Of a DNA stretch of 64,000 nt, positions 9,872-19,500 are shown piece after piece. Below the pieces are notes generated by a model that saw only the letters and a list, made by a program, of their open reading frames with translations, ran no database searches and was not told the origin of the DNA. This DNA is from an uncultured bacterium (GTDB taxonomy: Bacteria > Planctomycetota > UBA1135 > GCA-002686595), in NCBI GenBank assembly GCA_943787795.1, contig CALSNU010000006.1, forward strand, positions 256,001 to 320,000. The letters run 5' to 3'. The translations under genes were made by a program, and so were the position numbers. Within the stretch, counting starts at the first letter, position 1; every line of letters begins with the position of its first letter.

Positions 9872-10533
9872 GGCCCCTCAACGCCCGGGAGTGATCCCGG
9901 TTCACCACCTTCCTCGGAAACCCGCGCGGCCCCACCCCCAGCGGCCTCTTCGATGAGCTCGTCCGAGGGCCTGAGGGCTTCGATCAAGGCGTCAATCCTG
10001 GCCCCGAGCCCCCCATGGGGCCCCTCAGCCCCTCCTGACACGACGCCCTGCGCGCTCGATGGGGTCGCCTCGCCCGTTCGGCTCAGGGAGACCCAACGGG
10101 TCTGTGGCGTGTCGTGCCTCAGCTGGATGGCCAGCCTCGGGCTGGGGAGCCACCCCTCGATACGACCGGCCCACTCCACCACCGAGACCCCGTCGTCCCC
10201 GAGAAACTCGTCGGCCCCGTCCGCCAAGAGCGCCTTCTCGCGTCCCTCCATCCAGGCGTCGAAGTGGAACAGCGGAAGCCGCCCCCCGTCGTGCTGCTGC
10301 ATCAGGGTGTACGTCGGGCTCGCGACCCCGTCCTCGATTCCCAGCCCCCGGGCGAAGCCTCGAACAAAGGTCGTCTTACCCGCCCCCAGATCACCGTCGA
10401 GGGTCAGCACCAGGCCTCCCCAGGCCAGCTCCCCGAGCACCCGTCCAAGCTCCTCCGTCGCCTCGGCGGTGAGGCTCCTGAATCGTCGCGCCATGGCGCC
10501 ATCCTGACCTTCAGCCACGCGGAGCTCCACCAT
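9868..10533 (-). CDS. tsaE: tRNA threonylcarbamoyladenosine biosynthesis ATPase TsaE (YjeE)
   Basis: LDGDLGAGKTTFVRG, VASPTYTL, LFHFDAW, VVEW motifs; GGAGG upstream of ATG 10533. Confidence 0.93.
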   Translation of the reverse strand: MVELRVAEGQDGAMARRFRSLTAEATEELGRVLGELAWGGLVLTLDGDLGAGKTTFVRGFARGLGIEDGVASPTYTLMQQHDGGRLPLFHFDAWMEGREKALLADGADEFLGDDGVSVVEWAGRIEGWLPSPRLAIQLRHDTPQTRWVSLSRTGEATPSSAQGVVSGGAEGPHGGLGARIDALIEALRPSDELIEEAAGGGAARVSEEGGEPGSLPGVEGP

Positions 10534-11431
10534 GGATCCAACCTCCCTCCCCCGGACGCCACGGGGAGCGCCCTTCCGGGGAGCTGATCCAGAGCCCGCT
10601 CCCCTCGGTCACCACCCCGATCCGGCTCCACGGGGCGACCCCATCGGTCCCCAGCTTTTCCTCGGGAAGACAGGCCAGCAGCTCATGGTCCTCGCCGTCG
10701 TGGAACGCGTGAGCGAGCGCCGGGCGCCCGTCCACCGCGGCTGCGCGCTCGGCGTCCGGGTGAACGGGCACCGCCGACGCCTCCACCTCGATCGCGACCC
10801 CCGAGGCCCGAGCCATCCGGAAGAGATCCAGGGCGAGTCCGTCGCTGACGTCCATCATCGCCGTCGCGCCCGCGCGGACCAGGGCCCGGCCCTCGGGCAG
10901 CCGGGGCACTGGCCGCAGGTGCCGACCTGAGGCGAGGCTCCCTCCGAGCGGCCCCGTCACGACCACCGCCTGCCCGCGGAGCGCCCGGTCCCGACCCACG
11001 GGCAGGCCACCCCCCTCGAGGTATCCCAGGGCGCTCACCGTCAGGCCCGCCGGCCCGGGCGCCTGGGACAGGTCTCCTGCCACGAGCTCCGCGCCATGGG
11101 CTACGGCCGCGGCACGGGCACCGAGAATGACCTGCCGCAGGTCCTCCTCGGACCAGCTAGCCGGCGCCCGGACCGCGAGGGTGACCGCGCTCGGGACGGC
11201 CGCCGTCGCGGCGAGGTCAGAGAGGGTGCGGAGCACCGCCTTGGCACCTGCCGCTTGTCGGTCCACCTCAGGCGTGAAGTGGGTCCCCTCCACGCACTGA
11301 TCAGCGCAGATCACCGGCCTCCCCCCGAGCTCGGGCAAGACGGCCGCATCGTGTCCCCGGGAACCCGAGAGGCCCTGTGGCCAGGGCTGCTCCGCGAGCC
11401 AACGGTGCAGGTTGTCTTCGCTCCAGCTCAT
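10511..11431 (-). CDS. thiL: thiamine-monophosphate kinase
   Basis: GHDAAV, D..VEGTHF, LSDLAA, VTGPLGGS, MMDVSDGL, GEDHELL. Confidence 0.92.
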   Translation of the reverse strand: MSWSEDNLHRWLAEQPWPQGLSGSRGHDAAVLPELGGRPVICADQCVEGTHFTPEVDRQAAGAKAVLRTLSDLAATAAVPSAVTLAVRAPASWSEEDLRQVILGARAAAVAHGAELVAGDLSQAPGPAGLTVSALGYLEGGGLPVGRDRALRGQAVVVTGPLGGSLASGRHLRPVPRLPEGRALVRAGATAMMDVSDGLALDLFRMARASGVAIEVEASAVPVHPDAERAAAVDGRPALAHAFHDGEDHELLACLPEEKLGTDGVAPWSRIGVVTEGSGLWISSPEGRSPWRPGEGGWIHGGAPRG

Positions 11432-11440
11432 GCGTGCACC

Positions 11441-11821
11441 TCAATACACCCAGGCAAGGAGCACACGGCCCGTGACCGCTCGCCGATCCACCCAACCCTC
11501 CTGGGCCGAGTCGAATCCCTCGCACGCAGCGCAGTCGGAGCTGCACCAGATCCGCGCGCCGTCATCGCGACTCGCGGAGACGACAACGAGGTGTAGGTTC
11601 CCATCGGCGCCTCGAACCAGCACCGAATCCCCCGGCGCCACCTGCGCTGGTCGCAGATCCACCACCAGCCGATCTCCAGCCTCGAATCGCGCCACCGGGC
11701 AGCAGCGATCGGTCGGCACCGTGACCACCTCAAATCGGTAGCCAAGGTAGCCCACCCCAGCCAACGCGAGGACCATCGTCCAGCGGCGGAAGCGCCTCAG
11801 CCATCGACGCTGCGGGCTCAC
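11441..11821 (-). CDS. S24/S26 peptidase-fold (signal peptidase/SodX-like) protein lacking the Ser/Lys dyad, Cys-rich
   Basis: N-terminal TM helix; GD.LVV...PGD.VLV...W..SD....DS...G.V....V.GRV pattern; GTGA overlap with the thiE-like gene. Confidence 0.6.
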   Translation of the reverse strand: MSPQRRWLRRFRRWTMVLALAGVGYLGYRFEVVTVPTDRCCPVARFEAGDRLVVDLRPAQVAPGDSVLVRGADGNLHLVVVSASRDDGARIWCSSDCAACEGFDSAQEGWVDRRAVTGRVLLAWVY

Positions 11822-12570
11822 CGCTTCGCCTCATCGCTGGGCATGAACGTCGCCGCTGCAGCGGCCACCAGGTCATCCACCCTCTGGGGCAGGCCAGGGC
11901 TAGCCGCCCTCTCCTCCTCGGCGCGCACAGCGTCCGGCCCTGCCGCGTTGACCCCGGCCAGCTGACCCCAGACCGCGCCGATGGCAGCCGCGCCCGCGGC
12001 GCCTGTCCCGCGAAGGCGCGGGAGGGACGCCGGGTTCACGCCGCCGAGCGCCCACACCGGCAGCGGGCAGGCCGCGCAGAACTCCCGGAGCCCTTCCGGT
12101 CCGAGGATCCCAACCTCCACGTCCTTGGAGTGCGGCGCGAAGACCGGGGCGTGCATGGCGTAGTCCGCGCCCTCCCATCGATCTGGCCCGTCCCCCTGAT
12201 GGGTGGAGACTCCAAGGGTCACCTTGTCGCCGAGAACGCGGCGAGCCTCCGCCGCTGAGAGTGAGCCCCCCGCGAGGTGCACACCGTCTGCCGCCGTGGC
12301 GCCCGCGAGGTGAACGCGGTCGTGGATCCCCAGCCAGGCCCCCGGGGCCTCACGGTCCAGCAGCGCCCGCGCCTCAAGCGCCAACTCAAGGAACGGGCCG
12401 TCCTCAAGGAAAGGCTCGCGGAGCACCAAGCCGGACCCGCCGGCGCGGACGACCTCTCGGAGCCTGACCGGGAACGACGCGAGCTCATCCCCAGCGGCGC
12501 TCCCTGGCGCGCCCCGGGTGAGGGTGCCAGGCGAGAGGACCAGCATGCTCGGGGGCAACCTCCGATGCAT
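11818..12570 (-). CDS. thiE: thiamine-phosphate synthase ThiE/TenI family protein
   Basis: LREP, IHDRVHLA, ADGVHL, GVSTH, APVF..HSK, WALGGV; start re-picked to ATG 12570 (TGATG overlap with the upstream gene). Confidence 0.8.
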   Translation of the reverse strand: MHRRLPPSMLVLSPGTLTRGAPGSAAGDELASFPVRLREVVRAGGSGLVLREPFLEDGPFLELALEARALLDREAPGAWLGIHDRVHLAGATAADGVHLAGGSLSAAEARRVLGDKVTLGVSTHQGDGPDRWEGADYAMHAPVFAPHSKDVEVGILGPEGLREFCAACPLPVWALGGVNPASLPRLRGTGAAGAAAIGAVWGQLAGVNAAGPDAVRAEEERAASPGLPQRVDDLVAAAAATFMPSDEAKR

Positions 12571-14681
12571 CACTCCTCCAGCTCGATCAGGTACCCGAGG
12601 TCCCGGAACAGCGTCCGGTAACGGGCCAAGCTGGTCTTGCTCTTCAGCTGCACCGCGTTGCCATCGAGCTTGCCCTTGATGAACGGGCGCACCCCGGCGT
12701 CTCGCGCGAAGCGGCCCAGGATCCCCGAGTCTTGCGCCCTGATCACATGGTCCGCGCCGAGGAGCAGCAGCCCGGACTTCGACGCCCAATCACGGATCGA
12801 CTGGAGGACGTTTCGGGGCACCGGGGTACGCGCGTTGAAGGTCAGGATCTCCTTCATCTTGGTGAGCGTCATGCCCTCCACGAGCCCTCGATGGACGCTC
12901 TTCTCGTTGATCCTGAACTGCTTCAGCGCGCCGTCCTTCGTGCGCTCGGTGAACCGGTCCAGGTCGTGGGTCAAGACCGCGTCGTCCCCGTCAGAGAACA
13001 GGACGATCTCGAAGTCAGGCGTCACCACGAGGCGGCCGATCCCGAAGGTCTCCTCCTCGGGGGTGTCCACGCCGAGCACCCGCGCCCCGCTGCGGGTGAG
13101 CCGCATCGCCACCGGGTGCCCCTTGTCGTCGTAGCCGAGGTCAACGAGCCCCAGGAGGTACAGGCGCTTGCGAACCCACCCAACGAGGTTCCAGGCGAGC
13201 CGCTGGAGATCCTCCGTGGCCCCGGCGCCTGCAGCGCCCCTGGCGGCGATCATCTCATCCACCTCGAGCACAGCGAGCTGAGAGAGGTACGCGTTGCGAG
13301 CCAGGAACGGGAGGTACATCACGTCGTACCAGACCCCCACCTCCAGGCGCTTCATCAGCGTCGAGAGGATGCGGCGCATGGCCGGGTGGTGGATCGACTC
13401 ATGAGCCTCATCGAGCTCGAACGTGATGTACTCGAAGAGCCCGGCCAGCTTGGTGTCGAGGTCCTGGGACTCCCAGTCCCGGCCGGCGGCCGTGAGCTTG
13501 AAGGTCCGCTCGCCCGTCACCTCAATCAGCCCCACAGAGCGCGAGAACCTGAAGATGAACTGCAGCACCTCGCCGCGCTCCAGCTCTCGCCCCGGGTTCG
13601 GGATGAGCTCGGTGAGGATCCGCTTCTCGGTCGTCTTGAAGATCTCTCCCTTGACCGTGAAGCGCACCGCGTGATCGATGATGTAGGCGAGGAAGCGCGA
13701 GATGTTCGCCATCAGGTCCACGCCGAGCGCCGCCTCGTCGTGGGGCGCGTCCGGGTCGGAGGGCACGGCCACGCGCTTGAACCATGCCAGCGTGACCTCG
13801 TTGAACACGATCAACGTGTCATCCTCGTGCTGGATCCCATAGCGCTCCAGCTCCAACCTTGCGGTGGTGCCGACCAAGGACTCCTCCAGAATCTTCGCCC
13901 AGCGGCGCTGGTTCCAGTGGGGCAGGTCCGTCTCCATGCGCTCGAAGAAGCGCCTGGGGAGCATGCCGCCAAACTCGAGGACTGTCTTCCCGACGAGGTC
14001 CCGGAGCCCCTCCGGCAGACGCTCCACCCGGGCGACCGAGGCCGGCTCCTTGGCGTACATCTTGAACATCTCACGGAGCCGCGAGGGCGACATGGGACGC
14101 TCCACCTCGGGCCCCGCATACCGCTCGTCAAGGTGCCCCTTGAGCGTGATGGTGACCGCGTTGGCCCTGGCCTTCTCCGCGATCTCCTGGAGCAGGAGCG
14201 CGTCTGCAAGCTCTCCGGGGAGGGCGAAGTACTCCCCTTCTGGGTTCCCCTCGCGGAAGACCATCGCGGCGCGCTCGAGATCGCCGAGGACCTCCGCCTC
14301 CGAGGCCCCGCCGAGGATGGAGAGCACGGTCTTGCGCTCCATCCGGTGCCGTGGCGCCAAGAGCAAGGCCTCCACCACGGCCTGGTGGGTCTCTCCCATG
14401 GCCAGCTTGCGCTCGACGGCGCGCTCGGGCTCGCACATCCAGCCCTCGAGGGTGGTCCGCAGCTCCCCGACTCTTGCCGGCGATTCGCTGAACTCGCCGC
14501 CGGACCAGAACTCGAAGGGCTCCCGCAACTGGGCCTTCTTCAGCCGCTTGAGCGCCGCGCTGACGGAGAGATCTCCGCGCACGGAGCGGCGGGGGACCGT
14601 CCCACTGGAGGTCCTGTTCTGGCTGCGCACAGAACGCTTGGTCACACCAGAGGAGTCGGGTTCAGGGGATCGCGCCGTCAC
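12570..14681 (-). CDS. XPB-associated protein with C-terminal XPB/Ssl2 N-terminal-like (Helicase_C_3, p52/Tfb2-like) domain
   Basis: C-terminal LVVTPDFEI...L.RF.E......FRINEKSV..G...G......IL......VPRNV...IRDW aligns by eye with the N-terminus of the adjacent XPB; no Walker A; GTGA overlap with XPB. Confidence 0.8.
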   Translation of the reverse strand: MTARSPEPDSSGVTKRSVRSQNRTSSGTVPRRSVRGDLSVSAALKRLKKAQLREPFEFWSGGEFSESPARVGELRTTLEGWMCEPERAVERKLAMGETHQAVVEALLLAPRHRMERKTVLSILGGASEAEVLGDLERAAMVFREGNPEGEYFALPGELADALLLQEIAEKARANAVTITLKGHLDERYAGPEVERPMSPSRLREMFKMYAKEPASVARVERLPEGLRDLVGKTVLEFGGMLPRRFFERMETDLPHWNQRRWAKILEESLVGTTARLELERYGIQHEDDTLIVFNEVTLAWFKRVAVPSDPDAPHDEAALGVDLMANISRFLAYIIDHAVRFTVKGEIFKTTEKRILTELIPNPGRELERGEVLQFIFRFSRSVGLIEVTGERTFKLTAAGRDWESQDLDTKLAGLFEYITFELDEAHESIHHPAMRRILSTLMKRLEVGVWYDVMYLPFLARNAYLSQLAVLEVDEMIAARGAAGAGATEDLQRLAWNLVGWVRKRLYLLGLVDLGYDDKGHPVAMRLTRSGARVLGVDTPEEETFGIGRLVVTPDFEIVLFSDGDDAVLTHDLDRFTERTKDGALKQFRINEKSVHRGLVEGMTLTKMKEILTFNARTPVPRNVLQSIRDWASKSGLLLLGADHVIRAQDSGILGRFARDAGVRPFIKGKLDGNAVQLKSKTSLARYRTLFRDLGYLIELEE

Positions 14682-16552
14682 TCTACGTCGCCCTCGGGAA
14701 GGCTGGCTGGAGTCTGGGTGCCGGACTCCGCGGCGCCAGGAGCCGCATCGTCCGGATCCACGCCCTCAGCGTGGATGATTTCGTACGAGTACCCCTGCTC
14801 CGTCAGGAACAGCTGCCGCTTCTCGGAGAAGTCCTGATCCCGGGAGCCCAGGGTCACCACCGAGTAGAAGGTGGCGCCGCTCCCGTCCGATTTGGGTCGG
14901 AGGACTCGACCGAGGCGCTGAGCCTCTTCCTGCCGGGATCCAAAGGTCCCGGAGACCTGGATCGCCACCGAGGCGTCCGGGAGATCCACGGCGAAGTTGC
15001 CCACCTTCGAAAGCACGAGGAGCTGAAGCTCCCCGTCGCGGAAGGCGGTGTACAGGCGCTCGCGCTCGGCGTTGGGCGTGCGGCCGGTCAAGAGCGGCGC
15101 GTCGAGCTCCTGCGCGAGGGCACGGAGCTGGTCCAGGTACTGACCGATCACGAGCACCCGCTCGCCATCGTGCTGCTCGACCAGCGACCGGACCACCGGA
15201 AGCTTGGCAGGGTTCTCCGAGGCCCTGCGGAACTGTTGCCGGGGGGGCGCCGCCGCGTACGAGCGGCGGTCCGCGTCGGAGAACGCCACCCGAACCTCGA
15301 CGCAACGGGCCTCGGCGATGAACCCCTGCCCCTCGAGCACCTTCCAGGGCACGTCGTAACGCTTGGGTCCGATGAGGCAGAAGACCTCCTCCTCCTTGTT
15401 GTCCTCTCGGACCAGGGTCGCGGTCAGGCCCAATCGACGGCGGGCTTGGAGCTCGGCAGTGACGCGGAAGATCGGCGCAGGCAGCAGGTGGACCTCGTCG
15501 TAGACAACGAGCCCCCAGTTCTCTGACCGGAAGACCTCGAAGTGCTCGAACTCACCGGACTTCGATCTCCGCCAGGTCATCATCTGATACGTACTGATGG
15601 TGACCGGGCGTAGGTCCTTGGTCTCGCCGGTGTACTCCCCGACGTCTTCCGGCCGCAGTTCGGTCTTGTCCAGCAGCTCCTCCTTCCACTGACGAACGGC
15701 CACCGTGTTGGTGGTCAGGATCAGCGTCTTCGCTCCCACGAGGCTCATGACGGCCATTCCCGTGACCGTCTTTCCGGCGCCGCAGGGAAGGACCACCACC
15801 CCGCTCCCGCCCATCACCGTGCCCCCAGCGTGGAACGCCTCGGCGGCCCCGCGCTGATAATCACGGAGGCCAAAGGGCTTGCCCGAGAGCGTCACCTCCT
15901 TGAACTGAATCTCGAGGGGGTCCCCCTCCAGATAGCCCCCACGATCATCGACCGGGTAGCCGATGCGAATGAGCTTCTGCTTGAGGTCCCCGCGCTCGAT
16001 ACCCGACACGAACGCGCGCGGACCCTCGGGGCTCTCGACCACATTGCAAAGCGCTCGGAGGGCCTTGTGCGCCAGCACCTCTTCCAGGAGCCCCGCCTCG
16101 CCCCCGAGGAGCTCGAACTCGCCAGGGCCGTCTGTCGCACGCTCGATCCGCAGCAGGCCGTAGCGCCCGATCCAGCCGCGGATCTCGTCCACCACGCTCC
16201 CCGGCACGGGGACGCAGGCGTACCGAAAGAGCACCTCCTCGATCTCCGCGGCGCTGATCCCCACGGCCGCAGCGTTCCACACCGAAACGGGCGTCACGCG
16301 GTAGGTGTGGAGGTAGTCCGGGCTCTTCTCGAGTTCCGCGAACACGCTCAGCTCGTCTCGGGCAGCCGTGAAGAGCGGGTGCTCCTCGGTGACAGGGTTC
16401 CCGTCAGCGTCCCGCTCGGGGCGACCGTCGGCGTCGACCCGCGCCCGCACCGTGTGCAGCATCAGCGTCCGGTCGCCCTGGACGATGAGCGGATTGGTGG
16501 GCAGCGGCGCCTGGAGCGGCGCCCCGCCGTCTGCGAATCGAGCCTCCGTCAC
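14678..16552 (-). CDS. DNA repair helicase XPB/Rad25/Ssl2 (SF2)
   Basis: NPLIVQGD, ELEKSPDYLHTYR, LRDYQ, VLPCGAGKT, YDEVH, GLTATLVRED (RED motif), GSRQEEAQRLGRVLR. Confidence 0.95.
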   Translation of the reverse strand: MTEARFADGGAPLQAPLPTNPLIVQGDRTLMLHTVRARVDADGRPERDADGNPVTEEHPLFTAARDELSVFAELEKSPDYLHTYRVTPVSVWNAAAVGISAAEIEEVLFRYACVPVPGSVVDEIRGWIGRYGLLRIERATDGPGEFELLGGEAGLLEEVLAHKALRALCNVVESPEGPRAFVSGIERGDLKQKLIRIGYPVDDRGGYLEGDPLEIQFKEVTLSGKPFGLRDYQRGAAEAFHAGGTVMGGSGVVVLPCGAGKTVTGMAVMSLVGAKTLILTTNTVAVRQWKEELLDKTELRPEDVGEYTGETKDLRPVTISTYQMMTWRRSKSGEFEHFEVFRSENWGLVVYDEVHLLPAPIFRVTAELQARRRLGLTATLVREDNKEEEVFCLIGPKRYDVPWKVLEGQGFIAEARCVEVRVAFSDADRRSYAAAPPRQQFRRASENPAKLPVVRSLVEQHDGERVLVIGQYLDQLRALAQELDAPLLTGRTPNAERERLYTAFRDGELQLLVLSKVGNFAVDLPDASVAIQVSGTFGSRQEEAQRLGRVLRPKSDGSGATFYSVVTLGSRDQDFSEKRQLFLTEQGYSYEIIHAEGVDPDDAAPGAAESGTQTPASLPEGDVE

Positions 16553-19500
16553 CGGGCCTGCCCCCTCTTCTTCTTCGGCGGCGTCCCCGCCGTCTGCTGC
16601 CCCGCCGCTCGCTGCCCCGCGGGCGCGGTCTTCACGCTGGCCTTGACCTTCGTCTTGCGAGGTTGAGATCGCTTCTTGCCGGATGCGCCCTTGGCCACGC
16701 GGCGTCTTCCGGAGCCAGCCCCCGCGGCCCGCACCAGCCAGCGACCCGTCACCGAGGCCTTGTCTCCCGCGAGCTCCGCGGGGGTCCCTGAGGCAATGAT
16801 CTGACCGCCGGCCTCACCGCCCTCCGGGCCCAGTTCCACCAGTCGGTCGCAGATCTCCAGGAGCTCGGTGTGATGCTCGATGACGACCACGGCGTTGCCC
16901 CTTCGAACGAGCCGTCCAAGACAGCGCGCGAGGTGTTCGACATCCGTGGCGGCCAAGCCCGTGCTCGGCTCGTCGAGCACCAGCACGCTGCGCTGCGCGA
17001 CCCCGGAGGGAGAGTCCGCCCGCCACAGCTCCGAGGCGAGCTTGATGCGCTGGGCCTCGCCCCCGGAGAGGGTGGTCGAGGATTGGCCGAGCGACATGTA
17101 CCCCAGGCCGACGTCATGCAGCGTGGCGAGGATCCGCCGCGGCGCGGGGGCGGCCCCGAAGAATTCGAGGGCCTCGTCCACGCTCATGGCGAGCACATCC
17201 GCGATGGACTTGCCGCGGTAGCGCACCTCGAGGACCTCGGGCTGATAGCGAGACCCATCGCACTCTTCACAGGTGAGCCAGAGGTCCGAGAGGAACTGCA
17301 TCTCCACCAGGGTGGACCCGCGCCCGTCGCATCCAGCGCAGCGCCCCTTGGTGGAATTGAACGAGAAGTTCGAGGGCGTGAAGCCCTTCATCCGAGACTC
17401 GGGCGTCTTGGCGAACAGCTCCCGCAGATGCGGCATCAGCTCGACGTAGGTCGCCGGAACGCTGTGGGGCGTTCGCCCGATGGGCGTGGCGTCGACCACC
17501 GCGAGCCGCGTCCCTTCGGGCACCTTCGCGCTCTTCCACCGACCCGCAGCCGACTCCCCGCGTATCGCCGGGACGAGGGCATCCAGGACGAGGGTGCTCT
17601 TACCGCTCCCCGAAGGCCCACAGACCCCGAGCAGTTCCCCGAAGCGAACCTCCAGGTCCACCCCTCTCAGATTGTGCTCGCGGGCCCCCTTCAGCTGAAC
17701 CGTGGCGTCGCCTGACCCGAAGGCGTCCACGAGCGCCTGCTGGCGCGCCGCCTCCAGCTCAGCGTCCTCGCCCGCAGCGTCCACGGCGAGAATCGCCGCG
17801 AGATCGACCTCGCCCCGCAGGTACCGTCCGGTCCCAGAGGTCGGGTGAGCCCGGATCTCCTCCGGCCCACCTGCGGCCACCACCTCGCCGCCGAGGACTC
17901 CCGCCCCCGGTCCCATGTCAACAATGTGGTCGGCCCGCCCCATCAGCTCGGCGTCGTGCTCCACCACCAGCACCGTGTTCCCCGCGTCGCGCAGGTCTTC
18001 CAACGCGCCGGCCAGCTGGTCGATATCCCGCGGGTGGAGGCCCACCGTCGGCTCATCGAGGACGTAGCACACCCCCACGAGCTCCGACCCGAGGCTCGCT
18101 GAGAGCCGGACGCGCCGCGCCTCTCCACCGGAGAGCGTCGAGGTTGAACGATCCAGGGACAGGTAACCCAGTCCGACGCGCTCCAGGAGCGCGAGCCGGG
18201 AGCGCAGCTCGCTGAGGACCTGGTCCATGGCGGACGCCACGTTCTTGCGGAGCTTCAGCGCGCCCAGCCAGAGAAGGGCCTCCTCGACGGTCATGCCGAG
18301 CACCTGCGGGATTCGCTTTCGGCCCACGAGCACGCTCCGGAAGGCTGGCGCCAGCCGCTCCCCGTGGCAGACCGGACAGGTCTGCCGGGTCATCACGCGC
18401 TCCAGAATCCCGGCCCACTCGGGGTCGTCCGTCTTGGCGTGCCAGGCGTCGATGTGTCCGCAGAGACCGCTCCACTCCGACGTGTACTCCTGGTCGAAGT
18501 CGAAGTTGCGCATCTGCTTGGAGACGTGCACCTCGTAGCTCCCCCGCGCCCCAGCGCCACGCAGCAGGAGCGCTTGGTGCTTGGCGCTGAGCTTCTCCAG
18601 GGGCTTGTCGAGGTTCACCCGATGCGACCGGGCGACGGTCCGAAGCAAGGTCTCGTAGTAGCCCTTGCCCTTGACCAGGTACCGGCCCAGCTTGCCACCT
18701 ATGGCCCCGTCGGTGAGAGGGCGCGTGGGGTCCGTGATGAGCTTCTCGGGGTCCGCCCGGAAGATCGACCCCAGACCGTCGCAGCTCTGGCAGGCCCCGA
18801 CGTGAGTGTTGAACGAGAAGTGACGTGGCTCGAGCTTGGCCCCGAGCTGGAAGCCGCAGGTGGTGCAGGCGCCGTGGGTGCTGTATTCGATCCGCGCTCC
18901 GCCCTTGACCAGCACGGACACACGGCCGTGGGACGCCGCTGCCGCCTGCTCCACGGCGTCCGCGATTCGAGCCCGTGCCGCGGTCGAGAAGCTCACGCGA
19001 TCGACCACGAGGTCCACCGCCTCGGCGTCATCAAAGGGGAGCGCCTCAGCGTCCAGGCGGTACTCCTCACCGTCGATCATCACCCTGACAAACCCGGCCG
19101 CCGTCCAGTTGGGCAGCAGGGCTCGCAGGCGCTCGGGCACGGACTCTGCGCTGTTGCCCAGCTTCACGGCGTGGCCGAGGACCGGCGCGAGGATCCATCC
19201 CTTGGGCTTCCCGTCCAGTTCGCCCGTGGTCTTGAGGATCTCACGCGTGACCTTGCCAGGGTCCGCAGGACGCAGGGGCTCGCCGTGCTCGGGGCACCGG
19301 GCTTCGCCAGCCCGGGCATAGAGCACCCGCAGTTGATCGTGGATCTCCGTCGTCGTGGCCACCGTGGACCGCGGATGCCCCCGCACCGTGGAGGCCTCCA
19401 CCGCGACAGAGGGGCCGAGGCCCTCGATACGCTCCACCGGCGGCTTGTCCTTGGTCCCCAGGAACTGTCGCGCGTAGGTGGAGAGGGACTCCACGAAGCG

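Noticed and set aside
11441..12570. TPP riboswitch near the thiamine genes
   Set aside because: The genes are overlapped inside an operon with no leader, and no TPP aptamer core was seen
12732..14837. Long plus-strand ORFs (701 aa here; also 21859-23928, 24914-26833, 9047-10507) and minus-strand ORFs 43371-45626 and 50235-51818
   Set aside because: Antisense shadows of well-supported genes, expected from GC3-rich codon usage; no recognisable motifs
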